Shown: positions 25,644 to 34,898 of the stretch, in pieces | Layout of the letters: the number at the start of each line of letters is the position of its first letter | Position numbering within the stretch: position 1 is the first letter of the stretch | From: Candidatus Methanophagales archaeon | Lineage (GTDB): Archaea; Halobacteriota; Syntropharchaeia; Alkanophagales; Methanospirareceae | Length of the DNA stretch: 40,802 nt | NCBI GenBank assembly: GCA_030612835.1 | Contig: JAUWND010000003.1 | Coordinates: forward strand, 1-40,802 | Direction of reading: 5' to 3' | Program-made: the position numbers and the translations under genes | The notes under the pieces: model-generated | The model's database searches: none | What the model was told of the DNA's origin: nothing | Seen by the model: only the letters and a program-made list of their open reading frames with translations

Positions 25644-27365
25644 TCACAAATAATCTAACCGCGCACGAAGTTCGCCCACACCTTTTACCCAGCGGTCTAT
25701 CGGTGGCACTTCATCTGGATCTATAATGACATCAATCACGGTTGGCACGGCACGCTCGATCGCCTCCGGCAGTATCTCCAAAAGCTCGCCTGGACGTTCT
25801 ATTCTGTATCCTTTTGCACCGAGTCCTTCGGCAACCCGTGCAAGATTTACCTCCTTAAAAGTCGTGGATACTGTCTTATCCCCAAGAGCGAATCGCTGTA
25901 GCTCGTGCACCAATCCCAATTTCGCATTGTTCTGAACAATCCAAACAACGGGAATGTCATAGCTCACGGCAGTGGCTATCTCCATTCCGTTCATCAGGAA
26001 ACAGCCATCACCAACAATCGCAACTACTGGCCTATCAGGAGCGGCGAGTTTTCCGCCTATTGCTGCTGCTGTTGCATACCCCATTGTCAACATACCAAAG
26101 GCTGAAATAAAATTCGGCTTTTTGAATCGCATGTAATGAATCGCCCAGCATGTATGGTTGCCTGTATCCACGAAGACAATTGCATCTTCGGGCAAACACT
26201 CCTGAATCTCACGCATCATCGTCTGAGGTTTTATCGGTACCGATTCTGAGAACATCTTCTCCTCATCAACGCACATGCCCACGCTCTGCTTGAACTTAAC
26301 AATATCTTCGATTGGGCGATCCTCACTCGGGTCGTACTTTTGCAAAGCTCTTAAAACTCGAAATGAAATTTCGTCTAACACCGCACGACAATCTCCAACA
26401 AGACCAATGTCTGCCACATAGTTCTTCCCGATCTCTGATGGATCAATATTGATGTGGATTAACGAATCACTTGGTTTAAGTTTCGGGTCCCAGGAAAGGG
26501 TCGTCAGTTGATTCAGGCTGGCGCCAACCACTAACAATACATCTACATCACCCATGAGATATTCTTCTGCCGCGGGCGAACCACTAAATCCGAAAACACC
26601 CAACGAAAGAGCGTGGTCCTCAGGGAATGTACCTTTTGCCTTCGGTGTCGTCGCCACAGGAATGTTTAACAGCTCCGCTAATTCGAGGACTTCTAAAGTC
26701 GCATCGGATGCGATCACACCAGAGCCAACGAGCATTGCCGGCTTCTTTGCCGTTACGAGCTTTTCTGTTGCGTCTATCACTAATTTCCTGTCGAAATACT
26801 CTGATTTGACTTTATATCCGCCTGGCGGAAGTAGCGTATCTTCTATTTCCGCTTCCATAATGTCCTTGGGATAACTGATATGTACGGGACCTTTCTTACC
26901 GCTGAAAGCGATTCTGAATGCCTCTCTCAATGTCTCTGGCATTTTGTATCGGGATATTATCATCTCACTATATTTCGTTATCGGGTCGAACATAGCGACG
27001 GAATCAACACCCTCTTTTGTAGAATCTTGAAACGTACCTTTCCCATAGATACTCGTGGGAACCTGTCCTGTTATTACTAATAGAGGTATATTATCCATAT
27101 ACGCATTTGCGACTCCAGTAACAAGGTTTGTAGCGCCGGGCCCGGATGTTGCATAACATACACCGATCTTACCGCTTACCCGCGCGTATCCATCAGCCAT
27201 AAAAGCCGCACCTTCTTCATGTTTTGATAATATCGGCTTAATCGCATCCTGCTTGTTTATAGCATCGTAAAGCGGAACCAATGATGTACCCGGGACACCA
27301 AAGATGTATTCGACACCCTCACCTTCCAAATACCTTAATAACAGTTCTGCGGTCGTTATCTTCAT
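25644..27365 (-). CDS. Thiamine-pyrophosphate-dependent enzyme, acetolactate synthase-like
   Basis: FGVPG, HEEGAAFMADGYAR, TSGPGATN, and TPP motif GDG...NN. Confidence 0.92.
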   Translation of the reverse strand: MKITTAELLLRYLEGEGVEYIFGVPGTSLVPLYDAINKQDAIKPILSKHEEGAAFMADGYARVSGKIGVCYATSGPGATNLVTGVANAYMDNIPLLVITGQVPTSIYGKGTFQDSTKEGVDSVAMFDPITKYSEMIISRYKMPETLREAFRIAFSGKKGPVHISYPKDIMEAEIEDTLLPPGGYKVKSEYFDRKLVIDATEKLVTAKKPAMLVGSGVIASDATLEVLELAELLNIPVATTPKAKGTFPEDHALSLGVFGFSGSPAAEEYLMGDVDVLLVVGASLNQLTTLSWDPKLKPSDSLIHINIDPSEIGKNYVADIGLVGDCRAVLDEISFRVLRALQKYDPSEDRPIEDIVKFKQSVGMCVDEEKMFSESVPIKPQTMMREIQECLPEDAIVFVDTGNHTCWAIHYMRFKKPNFISAFGMLTMGYATAAAIGGKLAAPDRPVVAIVGDGCFLMNGMEIATAVSYDIPVVWIVQNNAKLGLVHELQRFALGDKTVSTTFKEVNLARVAEGLGAKGYRIERPGELLEILPEAIERAVPTVIDVIIDPDEVPPIDRWVKGVGELRARLDYL

Positions 27366-27371
27366 TTATAA

Positions 27372-27713
27372 TCACACGCCCCGGGAGCTATTTACAGCCT
27401 CTTCCTCTTGTTCATAGATCGCAAATAGCTGTGTAAAGCCCGCGATGTCGAAGACCTCTTTTACATATGGCTTTAAACACGCTAATTTCAAATCTCCTTC
27501 CGCCTTCTTCAACCGCTTCAGTGATGCAAGCATCACCCGCAATCCCGAGCTGCTGATATAGTCCACGCCATCGAAATTCACGACTATTCTCACACTGCCG
27601 TTATCAATCAGTGTGCTTATACTTCGCTCTAGCTCGTTTGATGAATATGCATCAAGCCTGCCGTTCAAGGTCAATATCGCCACATTACCCTCCTTTTTTT
27701 CTTCTAGTTTCAT
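27372..27713 (-). CDS. STAS anti-anti-sigma factor (RsbV/SpoIIAA-like)
   Basis: GRLDA and VDYISSSGLR (phosphorylatable Ser). Confidence 0.93.
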   Translation of the reverse strand: MKLEEKKEGNVAILTLNGRLDAYSSNELERSISTLIDNGSVRIVVNFDGVDYISSSGLRVMLASLKRLKKAEGDLKLACLKPYVKEVFDIAGFTQLFAIYEQEEEAVNSSRGV

Positions 27714-28657
27714 TTCGCCATTCCCGGACCCCCACCACCACGGATAGTATATCCCGTGCCGCGTGGTCTAACAATAGGACCTGAGCCAGGATGATCGTAC
27801 CTGTAAGGCGAGTAGTAGCCATAGCCACCATAGCCACAGACCCAAAAGAACCCCCAGGGGTAATATCTTGTTCGCTCTTGGACTACACGAGTTGCATTTA
27901 CCGCAGCAGTCTCATTATCCGCAGAGACATTGAAGAACTCATGCCGGAACGTTTCGTTCGCCGCTACTTTATCTTTCAGCGCAATCATCTCGCCATACGA
28001 TTTCCTCGCCTCTATGTTCACTACCGCATCCACAGGTCCACTAAATTTGTGTTGAGGATACGTAATCGCATATATAGTACCCGCAAGAGGGGCCACATGC
28101 TCTATCTCCGTGGGTTCCTCGGTTTTAGCCCGGACACCACTCGTTAGTGATACAAAATCACTCGCTTCTATACGGATCTTATATACGTCTTCCTCATAAT
28201 CATCGGAGCCCGCGGCTATACAGACATAATTGTTACGACCGTCAAAATACGTGGTGACATAAGCGATTATATCACCATTTGCAGCCGAGAACCACGAATA
28301 ATCCCAATACGGCTCCCAGCCACTGCTCTTCTCGCTTTCTATCGCAGTAGTGACAAAACCGATCTCTTCTAACTTATCGTGCACCGTATTTGCAATATCT
28401 CTTGACTCTCGCCCATATCTGTACATTATACCGGCAACGCCATTTTCATGCACCCGCTCTGCCGAGTAATGCTCTATTGAATCGCCACCAAGTGAGTAGT
28501 AGCTAAGGTAAGAAACCAAGGATAAGGCACTTTGTTGTCCCTCCGTATATTTCGGAGTTGCTAAAAGCGGTGCTATAACAAACGGCATAGAAGCCACTAT
28601 GAGTATCAAAATAACAACAAAAGCTACAATTGTGCCTATATCCTCTTTAGCTACCAT
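27710..28657 (-). CDS. Membrane-anchored protein with Tyr/Gly-rich tail ending RGGGGPGMAK (DUF4247-like tail)
   Basis: N-terminal TM; the C-terminus resembles the RGGGPGxGK tails found in DUF350/DUF4178 operons. Confidence 0.7.
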   Translation of the reverse strand: MVAKEDIGTIVAFVVILILIVASMPFVIAPLLATPKYTEGQQSALSLVSYLSYYSLGGDSIEHYSAERVHENGVAGIMYRYGRESRDIANTVHDKLEEIGFVTTAIESEKSSGWEPYWDYSWFSAANGDIIAYVTTYFDGRNNYVCIAAGSDDYEEDVYKIRIEASDFVSLTSGVRAKTEEPTEIEHVAPLAGTIYAITYPQHKFSGPVDAVVNIEARKSYGEMIALKDKVAANETFRHEFFNVSADNETAAVNATRVVQERTRYYPWGFFWVCGYGGYGYYSPYRYDHPGSGPIVRPRGTGYTIRGGGGPGMAK

Positions 28658-28681
28658 TTCTTCTCTTTTTCTTCCATTCTA

Positions 28682-28747
28682 TAACCACAAGATTACGCAG
28701 ATTTTCACGAGATTCTTCTGTGTTAATCTTGTGTAATCTCGTGGTTT
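28682..28747. repeat. REP-like periodic palindrome, family 2 copy
   Basis: TAACCACAAGATTACGCAGATTTTCACGAGA...TCTGTGTTAATCTTGTGTAATCTCGTGGTT. Confidence 0.87.
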
Positions 28748-28763
28748 CTTACCCAGAAGCCAT

Positions 28764-29249
28764 TCAAGACATTATCACCGCCATTGCCACTACCGAAACC
28801 GCAATGTACAAAACACCTGAAAGGATACCAACTGCGATGTTCCCTTTACTTATCTCCTCTTGCAATTTTATCTTCGGCACTAACACCTTATCAAACGCGA
28901 AGAAGAAGAGCGTAGCAACGAGCGAAGTCCCTATGCTCCAGCCAATTGTTGCGAGCATATCATAAAGTAGGCCCGTCCATAGCGACATACTCGCTGTCAC
29001 AACCACTAAGCCAGCCCCTGGTGACATAATCGTTGCCGCAACTACCAGTCCTATACCAAGCAGCATCAAACTGAAAAATATTGCAACCGCAGTATTATTC
29101 CCTTCCATCGCTTCCTGCAAATCGAACTTCCGGAACACGAGAATATCATATATCTTTACCAGCAGCATGCTAAGTCCTACACCTATTAACAGCCACAATA
29201 GTGCTCCACCCACCGTACCAATTATTATTTCTGCTATCGCCATATTCAT
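28764..29249 (-). CDS. Tandem DUF350 membrane protein
   Basis: Two repeats: DLQEAMEGNNTAVAI and KLQEEISKGNIAVGI. Confidence 0.85.
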   Translation of the reverse strand: MNMAIAEIIIGTVGGALLWLLIGVGLSMLLVKIYDILVFRKFDLQEAMEGNNTAVAIFFSLMLLGIGLVVAATIMSPGAGLVVVTASMSLWTGLLYDMLATIGWSIGTSLVATLFFFAFDKVLVPKIKLQEEISKGNIAVGILSGVLYIAVSVVAMAVIMS

Positions 29250-29587
29250 GCACCTCCTATTATTTTATCCATAACAATCTCCACTTTACCTTCCAGCATA
29301 TCGCCCATGAACTCCAAAGCCATTTTCGCATCCTTACACCCGCATGACGCCATCTCCACGAATATCATATTCTCTTCCGGATACGTATGGACTGCGATAT
29401 GGCTCTCGGCAAGCAATACAACCGCCGTCATACCCTGTGGCGAGAACTTATGGCTGACTGTTTCCAGTAACGTCAAATCCATCATCTTCGCCGCTTTCAT
29501 TAAAATCCCCTCTATCAACATAACATCTTCCATCTTTTCCACGCTGCAATGTGTTAATAGTCCTATAAGCACTTGAATCTTTGCCAT
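29246..29587 (-). CDS. speD: S-adenosylmethionine decarboxylase family pyruvoyl proenzyme
   Basis: HKFSPQGMTAVVLLAE-SHIAVHTYPE with self-cleavage site E/SH. Confidence 0.85.
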   Translation of the reverse strand: MAKIQVLIGLLTHCSVEKMEDVMLIEGILMKAAKMMDLTLLETVSHKFSPQGMTAVVLLAESHIAVHTYPEENMIFVEMASCGCKDAKMALEFMGDMLEGKVEIVMDKIIGGA

Positions 29588-29592
29588 TTTAT

Positions 29593-29946
29593 TTACCCGG
29601 GGATCAAACCCTCGCCCTTGAACAATGAATTTGCCTCCTCGTAATCTAAGTCCTCAGGCGGTAGAATCAAGTCAGGCGTTGGAAACGCTTCTTCTTCGTC
29701 CAGCACCTCGTCTATCTCGATGTCCTCTCCCACAAGCAGACCCCTTGACCGTATCAAATCAAATATCTGTGAGTAAAGCACATTGTATTTCGCTTCTGTA
29801 AGTTCGCCCCTTTCGTTAATAGCCGCAAGTTCATTGTCCGGCTCGTTTATCTTTTCTAATATCTCGTCCTTGTTCTCCGTCGGGAATGCCCAGGTACCAC
29901 CACCGGAAATGCTTATTAAGAAGTATGCTCGTGACATTGCAATCAC
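29593..29946 (-). CDS. Acidic hypothetical protein coupled to pspA (possible PspA-associated protein)
   Basis: GTGA overlap with the pspA stop; C-terminal PDLILPPEDL...LFKGEGLIPG. Confidence 0.75.
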   Translation of the reverse strand: MIAMSRAYFLISISGGGTWAFPTENKDEILEKINEPDNELAAINERGELTEAKYNVLYSQIFDLIRSRGLLVGEDIEIDEVLDEEEAFPTPDLILPPEDLDYEEANSLFKGEGLIPG

Positions 29947-30689
29947 TTCCTATCCAGCTCTTCGTCAAGCGCGGAAAGCGAGTCTGAAGTCTTTAACTCG
30001 CGCTCGATTTCGCTTAGCCCAAGGTCCGTAGTTCCTGCGGCAGTGCCGAGTTCTGCCGATGCCTCTGCCTTCGCCTCTTCCATCCTGATCTTCTCCGTCA
30101 TTCGCTGCACCGTTAAATCAACATCACCAATCTCGCCATCTATTCCTGAGAGCGCGTCATTAACTCTCTTGGATGCTTTTGCCATCGCATAATCTGATTT
30201 TAAATCAGTTCGCTTATCTGCAAATCGCTGTATCTTCGCCGTTAAATCTACCTGTTTGTCCTTCAGCATCCTCACTTTCTTCTCCATATCCGCAACGGAC
30301 TGCTGAAGCATCTGTGTCCGTTCTCTTGCTCTGTTCTCTTCCTCTAACAGTTGTGTTGCGGCACTGTTCAGTTGTTCCACTTGCATTTCCGCTTTCTCCA
30401 ATTTACCGCCCTCTAACTCCGGCAGTTTCTCCTCCAATGCCAGCGCCCGCTTTCTGTAGTCCAGTGCACTGTTATGCACAGATACCGCCTTCTTCTGCGC
30501 TTCATTCAATTCACGCTTTTTCAGGTTCTTCGCTGCTATCGAATCCCGCACTGCGACATCTACCTTCTTCTTCTCTTCTACTAGTTTCTCGTATGCGTAG
30601 TCAAGTTGTTCGTCAGGATCTTCAAATCGCCCTATCACTTTACTGGTCTTCGCTTTTGCCACATTAGAAAACCTATTAAACAATCCCAT
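29943..30689 (-). CDS. pspA: PspA/IM30 (ESCRT-III superfamily) protein
   Basis: MGLFNRFSNVAKAK amphipathic N-terminus, EDPDEQL motif, coiled coil, RMTEKIRMEEAKAEA. Confidence 0.9.
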   Translation of the reverse strand: MGLFNRFSNVAKAKTSKVIGRFEDPDEQLDYAYEKLVEEKKKVDVAVRDSIAAKNLKKRELNEAQKKAVSVHNSALDYRKRALALEEKLPELEGGKLEKAEMQVEQLNSAATQLLEEENRARERTQMLQQSVADMEKKVRMLKDKQVDLTAKIQRFADKRTDLKSDYAMAKASKRVNDALSGIDGEIGDVDLTVQRMTEKIRMEEAKAEASAELGTAAGTTDLGLSEIERELKTSDSLSALDEELDRK

Positions 30690-30705
30690 TTTTTATTTTA
30701 GCCCC

Positions 30706-31251
30706 CTAATAAAGTTCCAAACTTCTCCTTGATATTTCATTACCTTTATATACCTCCACCCTTGCCCCCGGATGCTTTTCTATGCTGAGTATTTCACCGG
30801 TTCGGTCAATCTCGCAGTCCGCATACGTTACCTGCGATCCCACAGTAATACTCCATGGGAAAGACCCTTTTACCAGGACAATCTGTGCTTTTCCTACTTC
30901 GTTCACTTTCACCTTTTCGCCTTGAAAGTCGAATACAGCGCCTTCTTTTAATTCCCCGGGGTCTGGCGCATCTGTAGACTCGACTTCGTCAAGTAACTCA
31001 AGTGTTGTCCCCTCCTTAGATAACCATTTGTGCTCTTCTGTGTCCGGAAACTCTAAATAGAACTCTTCCCACTGTCCACCACCCCAATCATATACCAGTT
31101 TTCCAAGCACGGTGAAATCTAATCCCTCTATCGTTCCAATACTACCTTCACTTAATTCTTCTGTTTTCGTATCTGAACTACCTTCTCGCTGTTTCTTCCT
31201 CTTTTCCTTCTTTATTTCCAGTATCCTCTTACTTCGTCCGAATAAACCCAT
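30706..31251 (-). CDS. DUF4178 domain protein
   Basis: FTVLGKLVYDWGGGQWEEFYL...WLS...GSFPW...LSIE...VYKG pattern. Confidence 0.8.
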   Translation of the reverse strand: MGLFGRSKRILEIKKEKRKKQREGSSDTKTEELSEGSIGTIEGLDFTVLGKLVYDWGGGQWEEFYLEFPDTEEHKWLSKEGTTLELLDEVESTDAPDPGELKEGAVFDFQGEKVKVNEVGKAQIVLVKGSFPWSITVGSQVTYADCEIDRTGEILSIEKHPGARVEVYKGNEISRRSLELY

Positions 31252-31361
31252 TGTCAACCTAAGCTATCTTTTAATTATATATTGTTTACCGGCTATAAAA
31301 ACTTACGTGTTGGTTTGAATGGCTGCATCACAAAAGACAGTATAGTTTGGAGTAACGGTAG

Positions 31362-31787
31362 TTACTTTGGCTTTCGACGCTTTCGCAACCTGTAGCTGTA
31401 GACTATTATCAAGATGGCTAAGACAAGGATTATCAAGGAGGACAACCATTCTACCCATTCTACTCCCCGTCCATATAAGTTGCTTGCACCGATGCAGATA
31501 GCAAATAAGCCGACAAGCAGTGTAAGTATAGTCTCTTTTGGTTCTGGTCTGCGATACACAGGCATAGCTTGACGAACAAGTTCGCCTATTATAACAAGTA
31601 CTCCTGCGCCTAATACGAGATAATTAAACGAGTGCCACCATTTCAGGTATCCCAGTGCGGCAAGCATTAATAAAATACCTGCAAAAACCACCACCACGCA
31701 TAATAGTATCACCTCAAATTTGTCTCTGCCGAACTTCATGCCTTTGCCTCCCGCTTTTTCACCCATCCCCCGCCTTTCTCTTGACAT
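31362..31787 (-). CDS. Hypothetical 4-TM membrane protein
   Basis: Four hydrophobic segments and a basic C-terminus. Confidence 0.7.
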   Translation of the reverse strand: MSRERRGMGEKAGGKGMKFGRDKFEVILLCVVVVFAGILLMLAALGYLKWWHSFNYLVLGAGVLVIIGELVRQAMPVYRRPEPKETILTLLVGLFAICIGASNLYGRGVEWVEWLSSLIILVLAILIIVYSYRLRKRRKPK

Positions 31788-32001
31788 AAAATTGAGTTGA
31801 TAAAGATTATAGATAAATAAAACATGCTTTTTCTTCTCGTGTCCCTTTTAGGTGTAGTATCTATGTGCATGTTGCAGTGAGTTGTATATAGCGTGGAGTT
31901 CCTAGGTCTCCTAAAGTTTTGGGATAAAGCAGGTTTGAAAACAAAAACGATGGGCTTTTATATCTTTAGCTACATAAACATAATATTGAGTGTGATTAAA
32001 C

Positions 32002-32835
32002 ATGCAAGTAGTAAAAATAGGATTTGTAAAACTAGGAAACATAGGCGCTTCAAGGATAGTCGATTTGTTGCTGGACGAGAGGGCGGATAGAGAAGATATA
32101 GATGCACGGGTGTTGGGGACAGGAGCGAAGATGACGCCCGAGCATGCTGCAGACACTTCTCGGTTGTTAGATTGGGACCCTGATTTAGTGGTGATAACCA
32201 GTCCCAATGCCGCACTTCCTGGGCCTAAGCGTGCACGTGAGATGGTAAAAGAGAAGGGTAAACCCTGCATCGTTATCTCTGATGCACCGGCAAAAAAAGC
32301 GGTGAATGATTTGAAGGAGAATGGGTACGGATACATAATAATACCCGGTGATCCGATGATAGGAGCGAGAAGAGAGTTCTTAGACCCCGTGGAGATGAGC
32401 CTGTTCAATGCCGATGTACTCTCAGTTCTAACGATAACAGGGGTAGTAAACTTGCTGCAGGAAGAGCTTGACGCTGTTATAAATGCAATAAAGAAAGGTG
32501 GCGATGTGAAACTACCTCAGCTTATAGCCACAGCGGAGAAATCGGTAGAAAGGGCTCAGTTCTCAAATCCGTATGCAAAAGCAAAAGCCATCGCCGCTTA
32601 TAGCATGGCCGAGAAAGTAGCCGAGCTGGATGTGAAAGGGTGCTTCATGATGAAGGATCCCAAAGAATACGTGCCAATAGTGGCGGCAGCGCATGAACTA
32701 TTAAGAGCAGCTGCAAAGCTCGCCTATGAAGCGCGCGATATGGAAAAGCAAACAGACTGCTTAGTTCGTATGCCTCATGCCAGAACAGGGGAGATATTGA
32801 AGAAGGTGAAGTTACTGGATAAGCCGAGTGCGTAA
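32002..32835 (+). CDS. mtd: F420-dependent methylenetetrahydromethanopterin dehydrogenase
   Basis: KLGNIG, LLDERADREDID, SPNAALPGP, MIGARREFLDPVEM, FSNPYAKAKA. Confidence 0.97.
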   Translation: MQVVKIGFVKLGNIGASRIVDLLLDERADREDIDARVLGTGAKMTPEHAADTSRLLDWDPDLVVITSPNAALPGPKRAREMVKEKGKPCIVISDAPAKKAVNDLKENGYGYIIIPGDPMIGARREFLDPVEMSLFNADVLSVLTITGVVNLLQEELDAVINAIKKGGDVKLPQLIATAEKSVERAQFSNPYAKAKAIAAYSMAEKVAELDVKGCFMMKDPKEYVPIVAAAHELLRAAAKLAYEARDMEKQTDCLVRMPHARTGEILKKVKLLDKPSA

Positions 32836-32840
32836 TACCC

Positions 32841-32868
32841 TTTTTTTTCTTTTTTTTTCTTTTCTTTT
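32841..32868 (+). terminator. Long oligo-T terminator after mtd
   Basis: T runs immediately after the stop codon. Confidence 0.55.
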
Positions 32869-32949
32869 GAATGTGCGCAATAAAGCGTAGAAAATATTAT
32901 TTCCGAATCTATTCCAAGATCGCGATAAGCAATTTTAAAAATTATATTA

Positions 32950-33023
32950 TGGGCCCGATGCGATTTGAACGCATGACCTTCGCCTCGTAAAGGCGACGTC
33001 ATAACCAACTAGACCACGGGCCC
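32950..33023 (-). tRNA. tRNA-Val(TAC)
   Basis: Acceptor GGGCCCG/CGGGCCC-A, anticodon arm TCGCC-TTTACGA-GGCGA, T loop GTTCAAATC; no encoded CCA. Confidence 0.97.
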
Positions 33024-33108
33024 ACTATAAAGATATTTTATTTTATATCTTTAGATACAATAAGTTATTAGATTAAAAAGTTACTTACGTCAGAGGATGT
33101 AAAGAAAA

Positions 33109-33474
33109 ATGCGAGGTGGATTTAGAAAAGGAATGGGCTTGAGTCCCAAGAAGTTGAACCAGATGATGAAACAAATGGGCATAAGTGTAGAAGAGATGGA
33201 CGATGTAGAGGAAGTAGTGATAAGGACAGCAGATGCGGAACTCGTTTTTGCGGAGCCTGAAGTTTCTGTTACGGATGCTCAGGGTTCGAAAGTGTATCAA
33301 ATAACAGGTACGCCGGTAGAACGCCCAAAGGCAGAATCTGAACTTGAAGTTTCGCAAGAGGATGTGGAAATTGTGATGGAAAAGGCTGGGTGTAGTGAAA
33401 CAGAAGCGAAAGCGGCGTTAACCGAAACAAAAGGTGATTTGGCAGAGGCAATATCCAAACTTTGTGTAGAATGA
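33109..33474 (+). CDS. nac: Nascent polypeptide-associated complex protein
   Basis: MMKQMGI...VEEVVI...YQITG, with C-terminal UBA-like EDVEIVMEKAG...GDLAEAI. Confidence 0.95.
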   Translation: MRGGFRKGMGLSPKKLNQMMKQMGISVEEMDDVEEVVIRTADAELVFAEPEVSVTDAQGSKVYQITGTPVERPKAESELEVSQEDVEIVMEKAGCSETEAKAALTETKGDLAEAISKLCVE

Positions 33475-34307
33475 ATTTAATTCAGCCGAAACGCATTGGA
33501 ATGGTATGCAAAGGCGAACCCCAAGCGGTATCCGTATTAAAGGACTTGATTGAGTGCGTTGAGGGCAGTGCAGAAGTCATACTTGGGGAAGAGATAGCGT
33601 ACAAGCTCAAAATGCAGGGTATGAGAATAGAAGATATGGATGTGGATTTCTTAATCTGTGTTGGTGGTGACGGTACGATATTAAGGGCACTGCATTCTTT
33701 GAAAAGCCCCATACCTGTGCTGGGTATAAATATGGGTGCTATCGGATTTTTAGCAGCGGTGCAGCCAAAAGATTGTATTCCAGTACTTACAGAGCTATTA
33801 GATGGGTTTGAGGTCGAGCGTAGGGAACGGCTTTCAGTGGAACTAAAAGGTAAGAAGGAGCGGATACCATATGCAATGAATGAAGCAGTGGTAATCACAT
33901 CTAAGCCAGGGAAGATGCTACATTTTGCCATCTTTTTGGATGATGGGGAGTTAGAAGAGTTAAGAGCGGACGGTGTTATTTTTGCAACTCCCACCGGGAG
34001 CACGGCGTATGCAATGTCCGCCGGCGGGCCCATTGTAGATCCAAAGGTGAATGCAACCCTAATAGTGCCAATTGCACCTTTCAAACTTTCCGCAAGGCCT
34101 ACGGTCGTTGATATAAAAAGAAGGATAGGCTTAGACCTTTTTGGTGTGAAAGATGCAGAATTAGTCATAGATGGGCAGTTCTACATGGGACTGGAGAAAG
34201 AAGACGAGATTAGCATTACGCGCGGTGAACCCGCTTTTTTTGTTAAAGTGCAGGATAATCATTTCTTAAAATTCAGTGATAAATTACGAAGCGAGGGCGG
34301 GAAATGA
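33471..34307 (+). CDS. nadK: NAD kinase
   Basis: GGDGT, NE and TPTGSTAY..SAGGP; ATGA overlap with nac. Confidence 0.96.
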   Translation: MNLIQPKRIGMVCKGEPQAVSVLKDLIECVEGSAEVILGEEIAYKLKMQGMRIEDMDVDFLICVGGDGTILRALHSLKSPIPVLGINMGAIGFLAAVQPKDCIPVLTELLDGFEVERRERLSVELKGKKERIPYAMNEAVVITSKPGKMLHFAIFLDDGELEELRADGVIFATPTGSTAYAMSAGGPIVDPKVNATLIVPIAPFKLSARPTVVDIKRRIGLDLFGVKDAELVIDGQFYMGLEKEDEISITRGEPAFFVKVQDNHFLKFSDKLRSEGGK

Positions 34308-34363
34308 AAAGATTATTATGCCTGGAAATTGAAGGTTTTTGTGTGTAAAGAAGAGGAATAAAA

Positions 34364-34654
34364 ATGAGGAAAATGTCATCCCTGATGTTGTGTGGTAAGA
34401 AGGTTGTGAACTTGGAGGGCGGGGAGATGGGAGTGTTACATAACCTAGTAGCAGATGCGGAAACCGGTATACTGACAGAACTCGTGGTTACGCCTGCTGC
34501 TGAGCTTGACACAAGCAAGTTAAAAACGGATGACGGTTATCTCTTTATACCTTTTGATACAGTTACAGCAATAAAGGATGTCATAGTAGTGAATATTAAG
34601 CAGATACGAGAACAGGCACGGGCGGCATCAGCTCAAAAATCAGTGGATTTTTGA
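34364..34654 (+). CDS. PRC-barrel domain protein
   Basis: GKKVVN..G..MG.L.NLV.D.ETG...IPFDTVTAIKDVIVV. Confidence 0.88.
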   Translation: MRKMSSLMLCGKKVVNLEGGEMGVLHNLVADAETGILTELVVTPAAELDTSKLKTDDGYLFIPFDTVTAIKDVIVVNIKQIREQARAASAQKSVDF

Positions 34655-34668
34655 GCATTTGCTTACTA

Positions 34669-34781
34669 CGGGCGTGACGGGATTTGAACCCGTGATTTGC
34701 AGCTTTCTCCCTTTTTTGATCGAACTTATGCGACAAATTTGTTAGGAGGCTGCCGCCATATCCTAGCTAGGCCACACGCCC
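34669..34781 (-). tRNA. tRNA-Arg(CCT) with 38-nt intron at canonical 37/38 (intron 34705-34742)
   Basis: Acceptor GGGCGTG/CACGCCC-G; anticodon stem GCAGC/GCTGC. BHB motif with central helix CTCC/GGAG and bulges TA|A and AA|A. Confidence 0.93.
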
Positions 34782-34898
34782 AACGGGAAGTTTCATCCTT
34801 AAGAGAAAGAAAAGTTTATTAAAGAAAAACCCTTTTCTTTTTTCTGTTAATGCTTTTCACTCAATGAATGCGATCAGCATTTCTTACTATATGTAGAT

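Noticed and set aside
25644-27365. Naming the TPP enzyme ilvB
   Set aside because: No regulatory subunit or ilv genes are adjacent, and the substrate cannot be read from motifs.
32775-33008. 77-aa ORF
   Set aside because: It overlaps tRNA-Val and the mtd terminator.
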